In this document: positions 9,899-22,690 of the stretch, piece by piece
Numbering within the stretch: position 1 is the first letter of the stretch
Layout of the letters: each line of letters starts with the position of its first letter
Origin: Lepidodermella squamata
Lineage: Eukaryota > Animalia > Gastrotricha
Length of the DNA: 64,000 nucleotides
Assembly (NCBI GenBank): GCA_047495785.1
Contig: JBLDXI010000010.1
Span: 682,001 to 746,000, forward strand
Reading direction: 5' to 3'
Program-made: the position numbers and the translations under genes
The notes under the pieces: model-generated
Database searches by the model: none
What the model was told of the DNA's origin: nothing
Seen by the model: only the letters and a program-made list of their open reading frames with translations

Positions 9899-12319
9899 TT
9901 ATTTTAAGGGTAGCAATATGTCAGACTTCCCGCTAGTATTTGAATTTAGAGGTTTTGGCGGATTCAGACCAGGCGTAGTGCTAGCCATGACTTTCGGGCG
10001 CATAAGACTCGGAACTATGAAGACTGCCGAGGTAATCACGGACACAAGCAGACTGGTGAGGGATAGTGAAACCTGCTGGCCTAATGCATTCGAGGAGAGC
10101 AAGACTTGAATCAAAATGCAAGGTGGTAGTAGCATCGCCCCGCTGAACACTCCAAAAGAACTGACAACGAATTCCGCCAAGGAAATGTGGGATCCTTTCA
10201 TTACTTGCTTCACTTGATAGCAAATGAATGTAGCGTAGATGAGCAGAAGCTGCAAGAAAATTCCTATAGCACCCAATAGGACCCATCCAACAGTTGACTG
10301 ATCAATGTGACCTGAGCATTGAATTGAGAAAGTCTCAGTAACAGTATCAGATGAATCGTCGTACTCGGCATCTGATACTCGATATTGCATGCACTTGGTA
10401 TTTCGAGTGATCACCCAGGCAATTAGAAGAATCGTGACCACGACACTGAAAGCAGTAGAAAAGAGACAGGTCTGTCGTTGAACGGACTCCCAGCGATCAA
10501 ATGCGGCTGTTGTTTGCGATTTTCGATTGCTAATTCTACTCGCAGCCGTTCCTGATGCTCTCTCTTTAGATGGGTTAGAAAGTAGGCGATATGTGATGAT
10601 CATTCGGATTGCTGTTACGCTCAATGCAGAAGAGGCCCCGAGAATAAGGAGAAAGTAGGATGCGTCTGACAGAGAAGCACTGTCCTCAGTCCGATCAATT
10701 GAGAAAGCGCCTGCCGCTGAGTTCATGACAATACAGGCAACCAGGCACGCGATCTTAAGAACTCTCAAATTAGTTTCAAACGGTTTGTTACGGGCAATGA
10801 AATATGCGCCCGAGCATTGAGCTAGAGTTATCAAGCTCAATAGGATCCAAATGATGTAAAATCCTTCTGATGGGAAACGCAGATCGACTATTTTTCGAGC
10901 AGGTTGATCACGTGGTGGCGAATTCCGAATCCATGCAAGTGGTGAGACTTGGGTCAATTCAAAGTTCCTCAGATCGAATTCGTCAATATTTTCCGTTGCC
11001 AGTTGTCGAACCAGCATTCGCGTGGTTATCCCTGTTTGCGCGCTTGATTGAGAGATACTTACAACATCACCCATCAGTTGTCCCTCCTTATTATAAGAAT
11101 ACCGCCCGACTCTCACGCCATTGAATTCATTGCTAAGCAGTGTTTTTCTCGTAACATCAGCAATCAACTTGGGATATCGATGATAGTCGAGAAGAGACAA
11201 GTTGTACGAATTTCGAAGCGTTTTATCGGCCTTATCCAGGGTGATCAGAGCTGTTACCAAAGGGTCTCGAAGCATATAAGCCATGAAAGGATCATCCGCG
11301 ATTTTATGGCCCTTTCGCTCGAGGAATGCATTGTAGTTCGCTGCATTATCGCCCAAATCAGTTATTCTGTCGTAATCCAGTGGTTTCGTTACAGTGCCGT
11401 AGAAAAACGTTTGCTTGAATTGCTCGGCAATGATTTCTTTCGTGCAACCAGGCGGGACTGACGTGGTATATGCCGTGAAGGGGACTATGAAAACGTACCT
11501 CGCACCAGTTATACCAGCTCGATAGGCTTCGCAAAGAAATTGGGGAGCGAGGATCACGTGACTTATGGATACGAAAATTACACGCTGTTTCGACAGGACG
11601 AGAGGTGCGATTGTCTCAGGAGTGATGTCATTGAGCAAATCGAAGTATGGAACTCGCAGCCCGTTTGCCATCGCTTTTTCTTGAATGAAGAATGCAGTGG
11701 ATTGATCGATGGCGAATTGAGTGAAGACAACACCGAACTGGTCCCATCTTCCGACCTTTTTCATCAGCGAAAGCAGAATAGCAACTGCAGATGTCTTTGC
11801 TGTAGCCATTGATAGAAAAAGGTTCGGGTGAAGCTGCCGATCAGTTAGGAACGGAGCCACGCACATTGTACTGATTGCAATGCTGTCGATGTGATGGAGA
11901 ATCCTTCCGAGTGACTTGCAACCAGCAGAAAATGTTGGTCCGACAATGATTGGCAATTGCCGCCCTCCGCTTCGTCGATGGTCGATTACTCGTAGCACAT
12001 CGTAGTTACCCATGAATTCCTCCTGCTTGTCAAGCTCGATATGGTAGTCGGGTAGGATATCTCGCCTCGAGTTGATGGTTTCAACCACGTAGTTGATCGC
12101 GGTGGTGTAGGCTTCAATCTGTTTCGTCTCCATCCCAGTTACCGGAACCAGGTACAATAGGCGCAGCTTGTGAGTTTTGTTTAGCGCCATCGAATTTGCA
12201 GCCTTGATGTTTACGGTCGAGAAAACCACGAGAGCATATACAAAGGAAAATGCCATTTTGCGAAAACGCTTTGACATTAGGTATAGGAATCGCGACAATA
12301 TAACGATATTTATAGTCAT
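9899..12319 (-). CDS. Divergent class C GPCR, GABA-B-like (Venus-flytrap domain + 7TM), intronless
   Basis: INSRRDILPDYHIEL, IIVGPTFSAGC, LTDRQLHPNLF, FLCEAYRAGITGARYVF, W...PPRD linker; no Cys-rich domain; about 7 hydrophobic helices. The true start may be the downstream Met (MAFSFVYAL). Confidence 0.85.
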   Translation of the reverse strand: MTINIVILSRFLYLMSKRFRKMAFSFVYALVVFSTVNIKAANSMALNKTHKLRLLYLVPVTGMETKQIEAYTTAINYVVETINSRRDILPDYHIELDKQEEFMGNYDVLRVIDHRRSGGRQLPIIVGPTFSAGCKSLGRILHHIDSIAISTMCVAPFLTDRQLHPNLFLSMATAKTSAVAILLSLMKKVGRWDQFGVVFTQFAIDQSTAFFIQEKAMANGLRVPYFDLLNDITPETIAPLVLSKQRVIFVSISHVILAPQFLCEAYRAGITGARYVFIVPFTAYTTSVPPGCTKEIIAEQFKQTFFYGTVTKPLDYDRITDLGDNAANYNAFLERKGHKIADDPFMAYMLRDPLVTALITLDKADKTLRNSYNLSLLDYHRYPKLIADVTRKTLLSNEFNGVRVGRYSYNKEGQLMGDVVSISQSSAQTGITTRMLVRQLATENIDEFDLRNFELTQVSPLAWIRNSPPRDQPARKIVDLRFPSEGFYIIWILLSLITLAQCSGAYFIARNKPFETNLRVLKIACLVACIVMNSAAGAFSIDRTEDSASLSDASYFLLILGASSALSVTAIRMIITYRLLSNPSKERASGTAASRISNRKSQTTAAFDRWESVQRQTCLFSTAFSVVVTILLIAWVITRNTKCMQYRVSDAEYDDSSDTVTETFSIQCSGHIDQSTVGWVLLGAIGIFLQLLLIYATFICYQVKQVMKGSHISLAEFVVSSFGVFSGAMLLPPCILIQVLLSSNALGQQVSLSLTSLLVSVITSAVFIVPSLMRPKVMASTTPGLNPPKPLNSNTSGKSDILLPLK

Positions 12320-13167
12320 TTCGATGTGTTAAAGACAGGTCTTTGCTCTTTTCTCATTGGTTCCACGTGATGATTATTAGCGTCACTTCCAGATATACAT
12401 AGGGCTCGCGATATTTAACATTAGATATGAGACAGCTCTTCCTTGATTGGCACGCTCGCAGTGTCACGACTGACATGTCTTCTTCGATTCTCCAGCGTGC
12501 ATCATTGGCCGGTGGTTTAATTAATTAGCACAGCGAAAAATAATCAAGATATAATCAAAATATTAGCATAAATGGTGTAAACCAGGAAGGAGGCAAATTC
12601 CTTGCAAGAGTCTCATAGACGCTCATGCATGCGATGAAAAATCCTTGTAAAATATCTCCTTAAAACTTGATTGTACAGATAGCCGAGAGATCGCTCTATT
12701 GGGCACCTAAATTGAAAAAAGCAACGTTCAGGTTATTACTACCGTGATTGTTGCCTTTAGAACGCTGAGTAGTTATATTAAGGGAATTTTACACAAAAAT
12801 TGATTTCATCATAATGTGTTGTAAATGTGGTTGTTCACGATCAGCGTTGAGTCTTTGATCACGATGTCATGGGCAGCAATTGTTTGCAGCGCAAAGCGTT
12901 TTAGAAAGTTAAAAGATATCAATCTTGCTGATTGTAATATTTTTAAAGGTAAAGACAATGCGGCATGATAGCATATAAATTACAATAAAATTACATTGGA
13001 ATTCAAGCCAGAGACAGGAAATCCCCAGTTTCACCATGTGGATCTCGGATGTTGAGTGCTTAGTAAATATTGAATATTTTTTTAATGAAAAAGCGGATGC
13101 ATTCAACTGGTAGTTGAGAACAGCTTTTTAGGCTATTCATTCACAAAGACCAGCTATATTTCCTGCG

Positions 13168-14262
13168 ATGTTCAAAGTTCAAATTGTCTACATTATCCTG
13201 CTAACGATTGCGAAACGCCAAAGCTTAGCGAGCGATGCATTTTGCAGGGAACTGGCGTCGAACTGTGAGTACCTGTCGTCAAAATTTGCCAAGCCAAGCA
13301 GAGAGGCCGTAAACTTGACGGTTAAGCTCCTACCTTTCTCTTTCCTCGGCATTGACGACATCGCGCAGAGATTTTCTTTGCAGGCGATGCTAGTGCTCGA
13401 ATGGCCACTACCAGACTGTGCTATGTGGAAATCGAACTCGAGTGATAATCGTCCTGAAGAATGCTGGTATGCTAAAGATTCAATCTGGAAGCCAACCATC
13501 AATATTTGGAATCAAGTTGGCAGTTCCTCTCAACTGTTCTCAGAATCAAGCAGCGATGTCATGGTATCAGAGAATGGACTGGCTCATTGGTCTGCAAAAG
13601 GCGTGATTGATACCTCCTGCAACTTGAATCACGCAAAGTTTCCATTTGACGCCCAGAGCTGCATGATACAAATATCTGGATTTCAAGGCTTCAGTCAAAG
13701 AAAGCCATTTGTATACACTCAGGACACACAAATTCCAGCAGTTTACACCTTCAAGAACGATGCTGATATTTGGGAATTGATGAGCTACGAAACCCATGTC
13801 GACAATGCTATGGACTCAGTTAGCTTCGTCTTCACCATGAGGCGGAAGGCTGGCTATTATTTTGGTCTGTTCTTCATTCCGACTTTTCTGCTGGCTGCCA
13901 TGATGTTAGGGACTCTAGTCCTTCCAGCAGATGTACCAGACCGATCTTCATTTGCTGTCACTGTTTTCTTAGCCTATGTCTTTTTCCAGGGCGTTTTCTA
14001 CTCTTCAATCCCGAAAACTGCGACGCGGCTTAACATGGATGTATACCTCAGCTGCCACTACGGGGCGTCGGTATTTGTGGCTCTCTGGTGTCTGCTATCG
14101 TGCCGGCTCGCCACAGAGACGGCATACTTTTCGAGAAAAGTTCGCTTCTGCATGATATCTGATGTCAGATTTATCCATGCTATTGACGGAATTGTATTCT
14201 TGCTCGTGCTCGTTTTTGTTCTAGCCGTTAACATAGTTTATTATAAAACTAGCGCTTCGTAA
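13168..14262 (+). CDS. Pentameric Cys-loop ligand-gated ion channel subunit, atypical, intronless
   Basis: Signal peptide, IWKPTI loop A, Cys-loop CNLNHAKFPFDAQSC, MRRK pre-M1, four TM helices. Confidence 0.9.
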   Translation: MFKVQIVYIILLTIAKRQSLASDAFCRELASNCEYLSSKFAKPSREAVNLTVKLLPFSFLGIDDIAQRFSLQAMLVLEWPLPDCAMWKSNSSDNRPEECWYAKDSIWKPTINIWNQVGSSSQLFSESSSDVMVSENGLAHWSAKGVIDTSCNLNHAKFPFDAQSCMIQISGFQGFSQRKPFVYTQDTQIPAVYTFKNDADIWELMSYETHVDNAMDSVSFVFTMRRKAGYYFGLFFIPTFLLAAMMLGTLVLPADVPDRSSFAVTVFLAYVFFQGVFYSSIPKTATRLNMDVYLSCHYGASVFVALWCLLSCRLATETAYFSRKVRFCMISDVRFIHAIDGIVFLLVLVFVLAVNIVYYKTSAS

Positions 14263-14544
14263 ATCCCCACATATGTTATATCCGCCAAAGTTTGATCGCA
14301 CGCGTAGTTAATCATGCAACCGTTGAATGAATCGGCGTTCGCTGTTCGCCGTTAGCCTGATTCTGGGATCGAATGTAGCTCGGGATCGAAAATTTCCTTG
14401 GCTTAGCCTAAGCAATCGGTCATAAATGAGGTTCGAAAAAAGGCTGACTTTTATGTCGAGCCCAAGGACAAATAAACGTTATTGCATCTGTTTGTTTTTC
14501 GAAAAATTTCCAACCGATTTCTATGAAATCCAACCGAATCATTA

Positions 14545-16051
14545 CTACTGATGAATGTCTTTATTGGAAGATGAACTCAATTGGTATTTTCTCATCGCTT
14601 CAGCTAGCAGTTTTTTAAAATTTGATGCAAAAAATAAATCTCCAATGTATCGAGCTTGACGAGCTGCCGGAGTCATTGTTGAATCTTCAACAGTAAATCG
14701 ATCACTCTGAGATAGCCCATGCAGCTTGTGCAAATGTTGACCTCGCCATGCGAACCATTTGTTCACAACCTAAATGAAAAGCTATTTACTCTCTGAAATG
14801 CTTTGTTGCACCGAAAGTATACCCATTTTTCGCCTCTAATCACAGGACACGCTGCATGATATGTTCGATTATCGGGGGTCTCATCACGACGGAAATTATA
14901 CCAAAACAACGCAGCGCCTCTCTTAGGATCTACTCTGAGGCCTAACCGAGGGAAGACGGTCCCACCACCTTCCTTAACATCGTTGAGATAAATCAAGACG
15001 GTAGCGATTCGGTTCCCGACGGGTTTTAGGTATTCAACATCGAAAAGAGTATCCATATGCGGTAAGTAATCTGTAATAAAGATGTTTTTATCGCTAGGTC
15101 TTGAAATATGGGTAACTCACGTCCGCCTACATTGTATTGGCCAACTTGATACTCCTCGCAGCCTAATTCAGAAAAATCTTATAAAATCGTGGCGGGAACT
15201 TCATTCCTAATCTCACCATCTTCATGAGCATTCAATCCAGTGAAAGCTTCTATTCTTGCAGATAGATCTTTCAATAGATTATTCTCGATCCATGTAGTTC
15301 GCTGCTTTCGAATGTTGTAGTGATGAACGTGGCTACCCGATTCGTCCATAACCACGCTTTCCTCCAAGGTTGCTTTCGCCTCTTGTTTGATCAAATCTAT
15401 CTCCTTCGAGGTAACTATGTCGTGCAGGAAAACAATAGGCGGGTCTCGGCTGAGGATTTCTTCTTTCACCGGCGATAGAATCAATAAAGGATGCATGCCT
15501 CTATGGCTATAACGGCAGTAAAGGCTCGGGTTGATTGCCATCGCTCGTCTAGCCAGTCGAGCTAACTCATCTCGGCAGTTGTCATATCGAATAGATCGAC
15601 CAAGTTTCTTGGCTAATTCGCGTTGTTCCGATTTTGAGTGCTTCTCAATTTCGCCAACCTGGACAGCTACACTCTCGCTGATCTTCGTTTTACAGTGCAT
15701 TAGTTGTGGTTGGTATATGTGTAAACCCTCCTCGTCGAGTTTTTGCTCAAATTCCACAATTTTCTCGCAATAAGAGATGGCATCATCTTGCTTCTCCAAG
15801 CGAAACGCAGCTGTTTGGAGTGAGTCCAGAATTTCCATTCCATGAATTGAGTGTTCGGCATGCCTCAACTCGGCATTTTCCCAAACTCGCCACGCTTCTT
15901 TGAAAATTTCATAGGCCTGAGACCAATCGCCTTCGTCTTGAACTTTCTCGTGGGCCATGTTCCACAGCATAATTTCAGCTTCATCTCTGTAATTCGATAG
16001 GCAGCCATGAAAAGTATGGCAGAAAATAACTAGGGTGAGGGCGAATTTCAT
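14545..16051 (-). CDS. Prolyl 4-hydroxylase alpha-like (2OG-Fe(II)), copy A, 4 exons
   Basis: Introns 15163-15216, 15071-15120, 14770-14822. YLPHMD, GNRIATVL, HAACPV, GEKWVVNKW; signal peptide; one TPR-like module. Confidence 0.88.
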
Positions 16052-16296
16052 GGTGCGCCAGGTTAAAATGCCTGAACATCTGAATAGCGTTCGTTAAAAG
16101 AAAAAGGATATTGTACTTTTGAATACGCCGGTGAAAGCACGAGAGGGATTATACGCGTTACAAAGTGCATTACGTTCGTTTGTTTATTGTTGATACAATA
16201 GCGCTATTGTGAAGCAAGGAGAATTCTAGAAAAACACTCCGTCATAGTAATTTTTTTCTGATAGTCAAAGCAGTTAGATCTCAATCAATACATATT

Positions 16297-18105
16297 TCAG
16301 CCTATTTGCTGTTGTTTTCGCATCAAATCAATCATAATTTCACGCACACCCGAGTTAAAAAATAAATCACGGGTATAACGCGCCTGTCTAGCCGATGGAG
16401 TTAAATTTGAGTCATCTATCGTAAAATCTTGTTCCTGCTTGATTCCTTGCGGCTTATGTAAATGCTGACCTCTGAAGCGGAACCACTTGTTCACAACCTG
16501 CCCAATTTATATGGATGATAGATGAAAGCTGAATAATAGCTCAAAACTCACCCATTTCTCGCCTTTTATTACCGGGCATGCAGCATGGTATGTTCTCAAG
16601 TTCAGCGTTTCGTTTCGGTGGATGTTATACCAAAATAGAGCTGCGCCTTTTTTGGGCGTAGTTCTTAGGCCTAGTTGAGAGAATACCGTTGCTCCACCTT
16701 CCTCCACATCATTCAAGTACATTAGTACTGTAGCAATTCTATTTCCAACAGGTCTATGACCCTCTTCGTTGAGGAAAAGGTCGAGGTGAGGGGTATAGTC
16801 TGAAGGAGAGAAAATAATTTAAATTTCCACATGAAAAATCAACTCACGTCCACCGATGGTGTAATAGCCAACTTGGTACTCTTCGCATCCATCGGGGCGA
16901 GGATTTAGGCCAGTATATGCCTCAATCCTAGCATCAAGTCCTTCAAACGTAGTATTTTGAATCCAGGTTGTTTTCTGCTTTCGAATATCAGCATGCATCT
17001 CAATCGTACCTCCCTTGGCATCGTTTGTCACCAAACCATCTGACAAAGAGCTTGAGGCTTCCTGTTTCAACTTTTCTATCTCCCGAGTCGTTATGATGTC
17101 GTAAAGTAATACTATCGGTGGTGTCAGCCGCAAAATCTCTTCTTTGACCGGGGCGAGAAGTAACAGAGGATTTCTACCACGATTGCTGTATCGGCAGAAT
17201 AGCTTTGGATTCTTGGCAAGAGATCGGCTGATTCTCTTTCCAGCCTCTTCACTGCAATAGTCGTAAGTCTTAGTACTAGAGAGATCCTTCGCGAGCTTGA
17301 CCTGCTCATCGACGGGTTTCGAATCAATCTGAGCCACCTTTCTCAGAACAGATTTGTCGTGGTTGACTTTGCAGCTCTCAAATGTGTTTTTATACATTTC
17401 TCGCATTTCTGGCGTGTAATTATCCTTTTCAATCCTTTTACAAGTTTCCAAGCCCTCATCTAACTTTCCTAAACCGAAAGCGACAAATTGAACGTAGTCC
17501 AAGATTTGAATTGCAGGTATGATGTGTGGCAGCTTTAGATCCTCAGCCATTTGCCAGACTCTCCATGCTTCCTTAAAAGCTTCGTAGGCTTCTAGCCACT
17601 TGTTTTCTTGCCTGCCAAGTTGAAATCCTTTCTGCCAGTATTCTTTCTCGTTCCCGCCAGTGACCTCTGCGAGATCTTTATGCAGCCTTGCAGTTATTTG
17701 CTGTTTGAAATGTTGGTTATATTGCGTGAAATGAGCCTTTTTCTCCGTGTCGAGCTGAAAATCTCGTAAAATTCGATCCGTTGCATCGGCAGCTTCTTCC
17801 CATTTTTCGATATGCATAGCTGTAAATTGGACAAAATCCAGAATGCTGTATAAATCCACCGTATGCTCTGATTCGAGTTCTGTGGTCTCATTGTAAGCCC
17901 GCCAAGCTTCCATGAATTTGTCGAAGGATTCCCGCCATTTTTCTTGGCTTCTCAGCCCAACACCTTCGTCATAAAGCGCCCGCTCTGCACCTCCGTAGAT
18001 GAGTCCTTTGATTAGAATTGTTAATGCATCCCAAATTTCTGCGAATTGGCAACTGGCTGACCCAAATGTTAAAATTAGCAAAAATGTTATAATGGAGAAT
18101 TTCAT
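16297..18105 (-). CDS. Prolyl 4-hydroxylase alpha-like, copy B, 3 exons
   Basis: Introns 16800-16847 and 16498-16551. YTPHLD, GNRIATVL, HAACPV, KWVVNKW. Confidence 0.9.
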
Positions 18106-18420
18106 TCATGAAAACGAGCGTCAAAAAGCGCAATGATGGCTAATTTAGACGTTAGCAGATTGTTGTGGCTAATGCAAGGAATAGCTTGTTACAATATTGT
18201 TGTTGTACCAATAAGCCGAGCATGTAAAAATACGTGTTTCATTCGTATAACACATTATACCATCTATTATCTGGCTCTTCAGCGCCAGCCGAGGATTAAA
18301 GCCATTGTAAACGCTGCATTGCAACTATTTGAAAAGGTCTCATTCGAGTTTCAATTATCAAGATTTATTCTTTATCTGGTTTTCCATGAAGTGGCAGTTT
18401 TTATGGTGTCTTGAATCATT

Positions 18421-20231
18421 TCAGCCTGATTTTCCTCCTGTCATCAAAAATTCGAGTCCGGATGCGAAAAATAAGTCACTGGTGTGCTTAGTCTCCCGAG
18501 CTGCCGGTGTCATATCCGAATCGTTGACTGTAAAAATGTTTTCGCTCTCATTTCTCGCACAAGGCTTGTGCAAATGCTGGCCAAGATGGCGGAACCATTT
18601 GTTCACAACCTGTAACAGACATCGATAAAAAAATGACCAGTGAAAGTAATAGGATCTATACCCATTTTTCTCCTCTTACAACAGGACAGGCTGCATGGTA
18701 AGTTCTTGGGTCGACATTATCATTACGATCGGTGTTGTACCAGAATACCCCCGCTCTGTAGGTCGCGTTCACTCGGATACCGATTCTAGTGAAAACTGTA
18801 CCGCCTCCCTCTTCGACTTTGTTTAGATAAAGTAGGACAGTTGCAACTCGGTTTCCAGCTGGACCAGCTATTTCAGCAGAGTGCATGTAGTCCGCATGGG
18901 GCATGTAATCTAGACGTGTTGAGGAATTATGGAATTTAATGTTGACTAGAAGGTAACTCACGTCCTCCGATTCTGTAATTCCCAACTTGATAGTCTTCGC
19001 AGCCGGCATCGTAAGGATTCAAACCCGTGAATGCTTCAATTCTCTTCGAGAGTTTGGGTAGATGGTAATTCTTTATCCAGCCAGTTTTCTGCTTCCTAGT
19101 AGCTGTAGCGATATCGGTTTTACCTGATTTTTCGTTGATTACGCCTCCATCGTCCAAAGAATTGTTAGCTAGCGACTTAATCAATTCGGTTTCTGCTGGC
19201 ATGACTAAATCGTATAGTAAGACCACCGGGGGATTAAGGTTTAAAATTTCCTCCTTCAGAGGTCCTAAGATCAGCAAGGGATGTCGATTTCGATGGCTGT
19301 ATCGGCAGTACAAGTTTTTGTCTGAAGCTAATCGGCTGGCAATCTTCATTGCAACATCATCACGACATAACTCGTAGCCGACGGAATCTGCAAGTTCCTT
19401 CGCCATTTTGACTTGAACCTCCAACGGCTTAAGCTCGATATCTTTAATCTTTTTAGCAACGCGTTCACTCAGCTTCTGAGTGCAAGTCTGCTTACTAGCT
19501 TTGAATGATTCAGCCATTTCGGGTTTAATGTTAGGTTCCTCATCCATCAGCTGCTGGCATAAATTGTAGCCTTCCTCGTTCAGACCAAGTTGAAATGAGG
19601 CAAATGAAGCAAAATCAAGGAGTTGATGTATAGGTACGAGATGAGTTAAGTTGAGCTCAGCAGTTTTCTTGTAAGCTCTCATGGCTTTTTTAAAGTTTTC
19701 GTATGCCGATCTCCAGTCTTGTCCTTTACCGTGTACCTGGCCCCTATCCCAGAAGGTTTTTTCCGTGCCTCCCACTGCATCCACGACAGGCTTGTATTCC
19801 TCGGGTATGATCTGCTGCTTGTAATTGTTAAGATTCGTTTCGATCCGATGCTTAACCTCCCCCGCGAGATTTTGCCCCAATTCTCGAAGGATAAAGTCGC
19901 AAACTTCGACACCAATCTCGTAGTGCCCGCTTTGACCAGCCGAGAATTGGATGTAGTCAACAATAGTGAAGAGATCAGTGGAATGTTCTCCGCCAACTTC
20001 ATTCGTGTAGTTGTAGGCCCTCCATGCCTCGATGTATTTCACCATCGCTTCTGCAAGTTTCCTATCGACATGAAGAGTTCTCGCTTCATCAAATCTCTGA
20101 CGCTCCTGGTCACCAACAAAGAATGACTCGATAACAATGCGAACCGCATCGATAAGTTCAGTGAAAATTGCATTTGAGCTGCTGCTGTAGCTTAAAAATA
20201 GCGCTAAAGTCAGAGCAAAAGTCAAATTCAT
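18421..20231 (-). CDS. Prolyl 4-hydroxylase alpha-like, copy C, 3 exons
   Basis: Introns 18910-18961 and 18610-18661. YMPHAD, GNRVATVL, HAACPV, KWVVNKW. Confidence 0.9.
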
Positions 20232-20474
20232 CTGTATGATAACTGCTGCAGTTTAATAAGGAAATAAGCTGCGCATCTTAAAACGCTACAATACTACTTA
20301 CAACTTCATCAACAAAGGCAGCGTATGCGTGGTACTCTTGACGATGTTCAATAGACTGTAGCTTTTGTTCACTTTAATTAGCATATCATTTTTACGTTTT
20401 CAAAGACAAGCATGCAAAATTTACTGACAAATGAACAATACAAAAAAACAAGGGTTAACATGAGCCATTCGATT

Positions 20475-22343
20475 TTATTTTTCCGGTTTATCAATATTTC
20501 TGGAATCTTTAACAGTGTAGCCCAATTTTTCCATTTCTTTTCTCATCAGATAATCAACAGCTGAAGCAAAGAATAGGTCTGGCGTGTGCTTCGTCTTCCG
20601 CGCAGCCGGCAACAGGTTCGAGTCGTGAATAGTGAAAGACTGTTCGGGAGTTTTTGCGCATAATTTATGCAAATGCTGGCCAAGATAACGGAACCATTTG
20701 TTTATCACCTGAAATGAAAGAAAAATCCATGAAATATGGAGTATTCGTATATTCAAGATTTCTTACCCATTTTTCGCCACGTATAACAGGGCAGGCAGCA
20801 TGATACGTTCTTGTGTCACGAGTCTCATTCCTATGAATGTTGTACCAGAAGAGGCCAGCTCGATACGTTGCGTTCACGTGAATTTTTAGCTCGGAGAACA
20901 TTGTACCTCCTCCCTCTTCAACTTCATTGAGATACATGAGGACTGTAGCAATTCGATTGCCAACGGGAGCATTGTAAGGATAGTCCAAGAAGTAGTCAGC
21001 ATGAGGCATGTAATCTGTAAAAAAGGATCAGCTATAACTCAAAAACAAGAGAGGCAAGGCTTACGTCCGCCGATGTTGTAGTGGCCGATTTGGTACTCTT
21101 CACAGCCATCATCGTAAGGATTCAACCCGGTGAAAGCTTCGATTCTCGCTATCAATCTTGGAGCTAGATCATTCCTAAGCCAAGTCGTTTTCTGCTTCCG
21201 TTCGTTAGTATGCGGCTTGTTGCCTCCAGTTGCATCGTCAATCACAGACCCAACGCCTAGTTTGGGCTTAGCTTCTTTCTTAAGCAGTTCAGCCTCATCC
21301 TTTGTTATTATGTTATGTAACAGTACTATTGGCGGATCGAGATTCATCACTTCCTCGCGGAGTGGGCCTAAAATAAGCAATGGATGCCTCCTACGATTGG
21401 TGTAGCGGCAAAACAGCTTAGGATTCGCGGCTAGATTTTTAGCAATTTTCTGAGATTCTTCAGGTCTGCAAGGGTCGTACTTCGTCGTACTGGCTAGCTC
21501 TTTCGCGAGCTCGACTTGCTTTTCAACAGGTTCATTGTCCATTTCCAAGACTTTATCCGCAACATGGAAAGCTTTCGCATTCTTACATGATAGGGAACTG
21601 GCTTGGAATTGATCCTTCAATTCCGCAGCGATGTTCTTACCGTGGTCGAAAAGTGCTTCACACATCGCCCTGCCCTCCTCCTTAAGGCCGACTTGATAAG
21701 CCGCGAAGGATGCAAAGTCTAGCAGTCGGAATAGCGGCAATTGATGCGGGAGACCAAGCTCGTCTGTGATATTATAAACTTCCCAGGCCTTTTTGAAATT
21801 TTCGTAAGCTGATTTCAGATCATTTCTCTGCTGCATAGCCTCCATTCCCTTCACCCAATAGTCCTGTTCAGTTCCACCAGTAACTTCAACCAATTCTTTG
21901 TAGATTTCTTGAGATGCGGCATATTGATATTGCTGGTACTGCTGATTGAGCCGATTTTTGGTTTCGAGGGTCATTGAGTCAGCGAGATCTCTCAGCATCA
22001 TTTGGATGACCTCTGCTGCGTAGGAGAAGTTACCAGCCCTACCAGCGGAGAACTGAACGTAGTCCATAATTGTGAAAAGGTCGACAGAATGTTCGGCTCC
22101 GACTTCATTCGAGTAGTTGTAAGCCCGCCACGCATCGACAAACTTCGCAAAAGCTTCACTATTGTTGCCAGAATTGAGTAGGGCACTAGCTTCACTGAAA
22201 TCATATCGTTCCTGGCTTCCGGCGAAGAATGAATCGATTAGGATTTTGCCGAATTCGATCAGTTCTTCGACAAAAGCCTCGCTCTGTGACACGTGGCATG
22301 TCAGCAGAAGGAGAACCACGCAAAAAGCGGGTCGAAAGTTCAT
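20475..22343 (-). CDS. Prolyl 4-hydroxylase alpha-like, copy D, 3 exons
   Basis: Introns 21015-21064 and 20709-20766. YMPHAD, GNRIATVL, HAACPV, KWVINKW. Confidence 0.9.
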
Positions 22344-22690
22344 CGTTTTGACTTTTTACTCAAATAAGCATGCAGTTGATAATGAAGAGTGTTACGCGTG
22401 TGTGGGTAACTTGTAACAATAGCTGCTGGTGTTTATGCTAAAATGCGCGGTCGACAGATAAAAAAACATAACAAAGAATGTTTTGATGCGCTCGAAAAAG
22501 ACGCGGCACCAGTTTTTGTCTCTTTGAGTCGCTCGCTGAGCAATGTCAAAGGTTTCCTTAAAAGAAATTACTCTCTCAAAACTGCTCTAAATCAAGATTT
22601 TATTCGATTTCTCACTAAATTTAGAATGTTTTGATCAGCAAGCAAAATGTTCTCTTGGATGCGATGGTTGAGAGTTGAGAAGGCCCGAGC

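Noticed and set aside
12355-12368. ERSE-II-like ATTGGTTCCACG
   Set aside because: The spacer is 2 nt rather than 1, it occurs once, and a chance match is likely.
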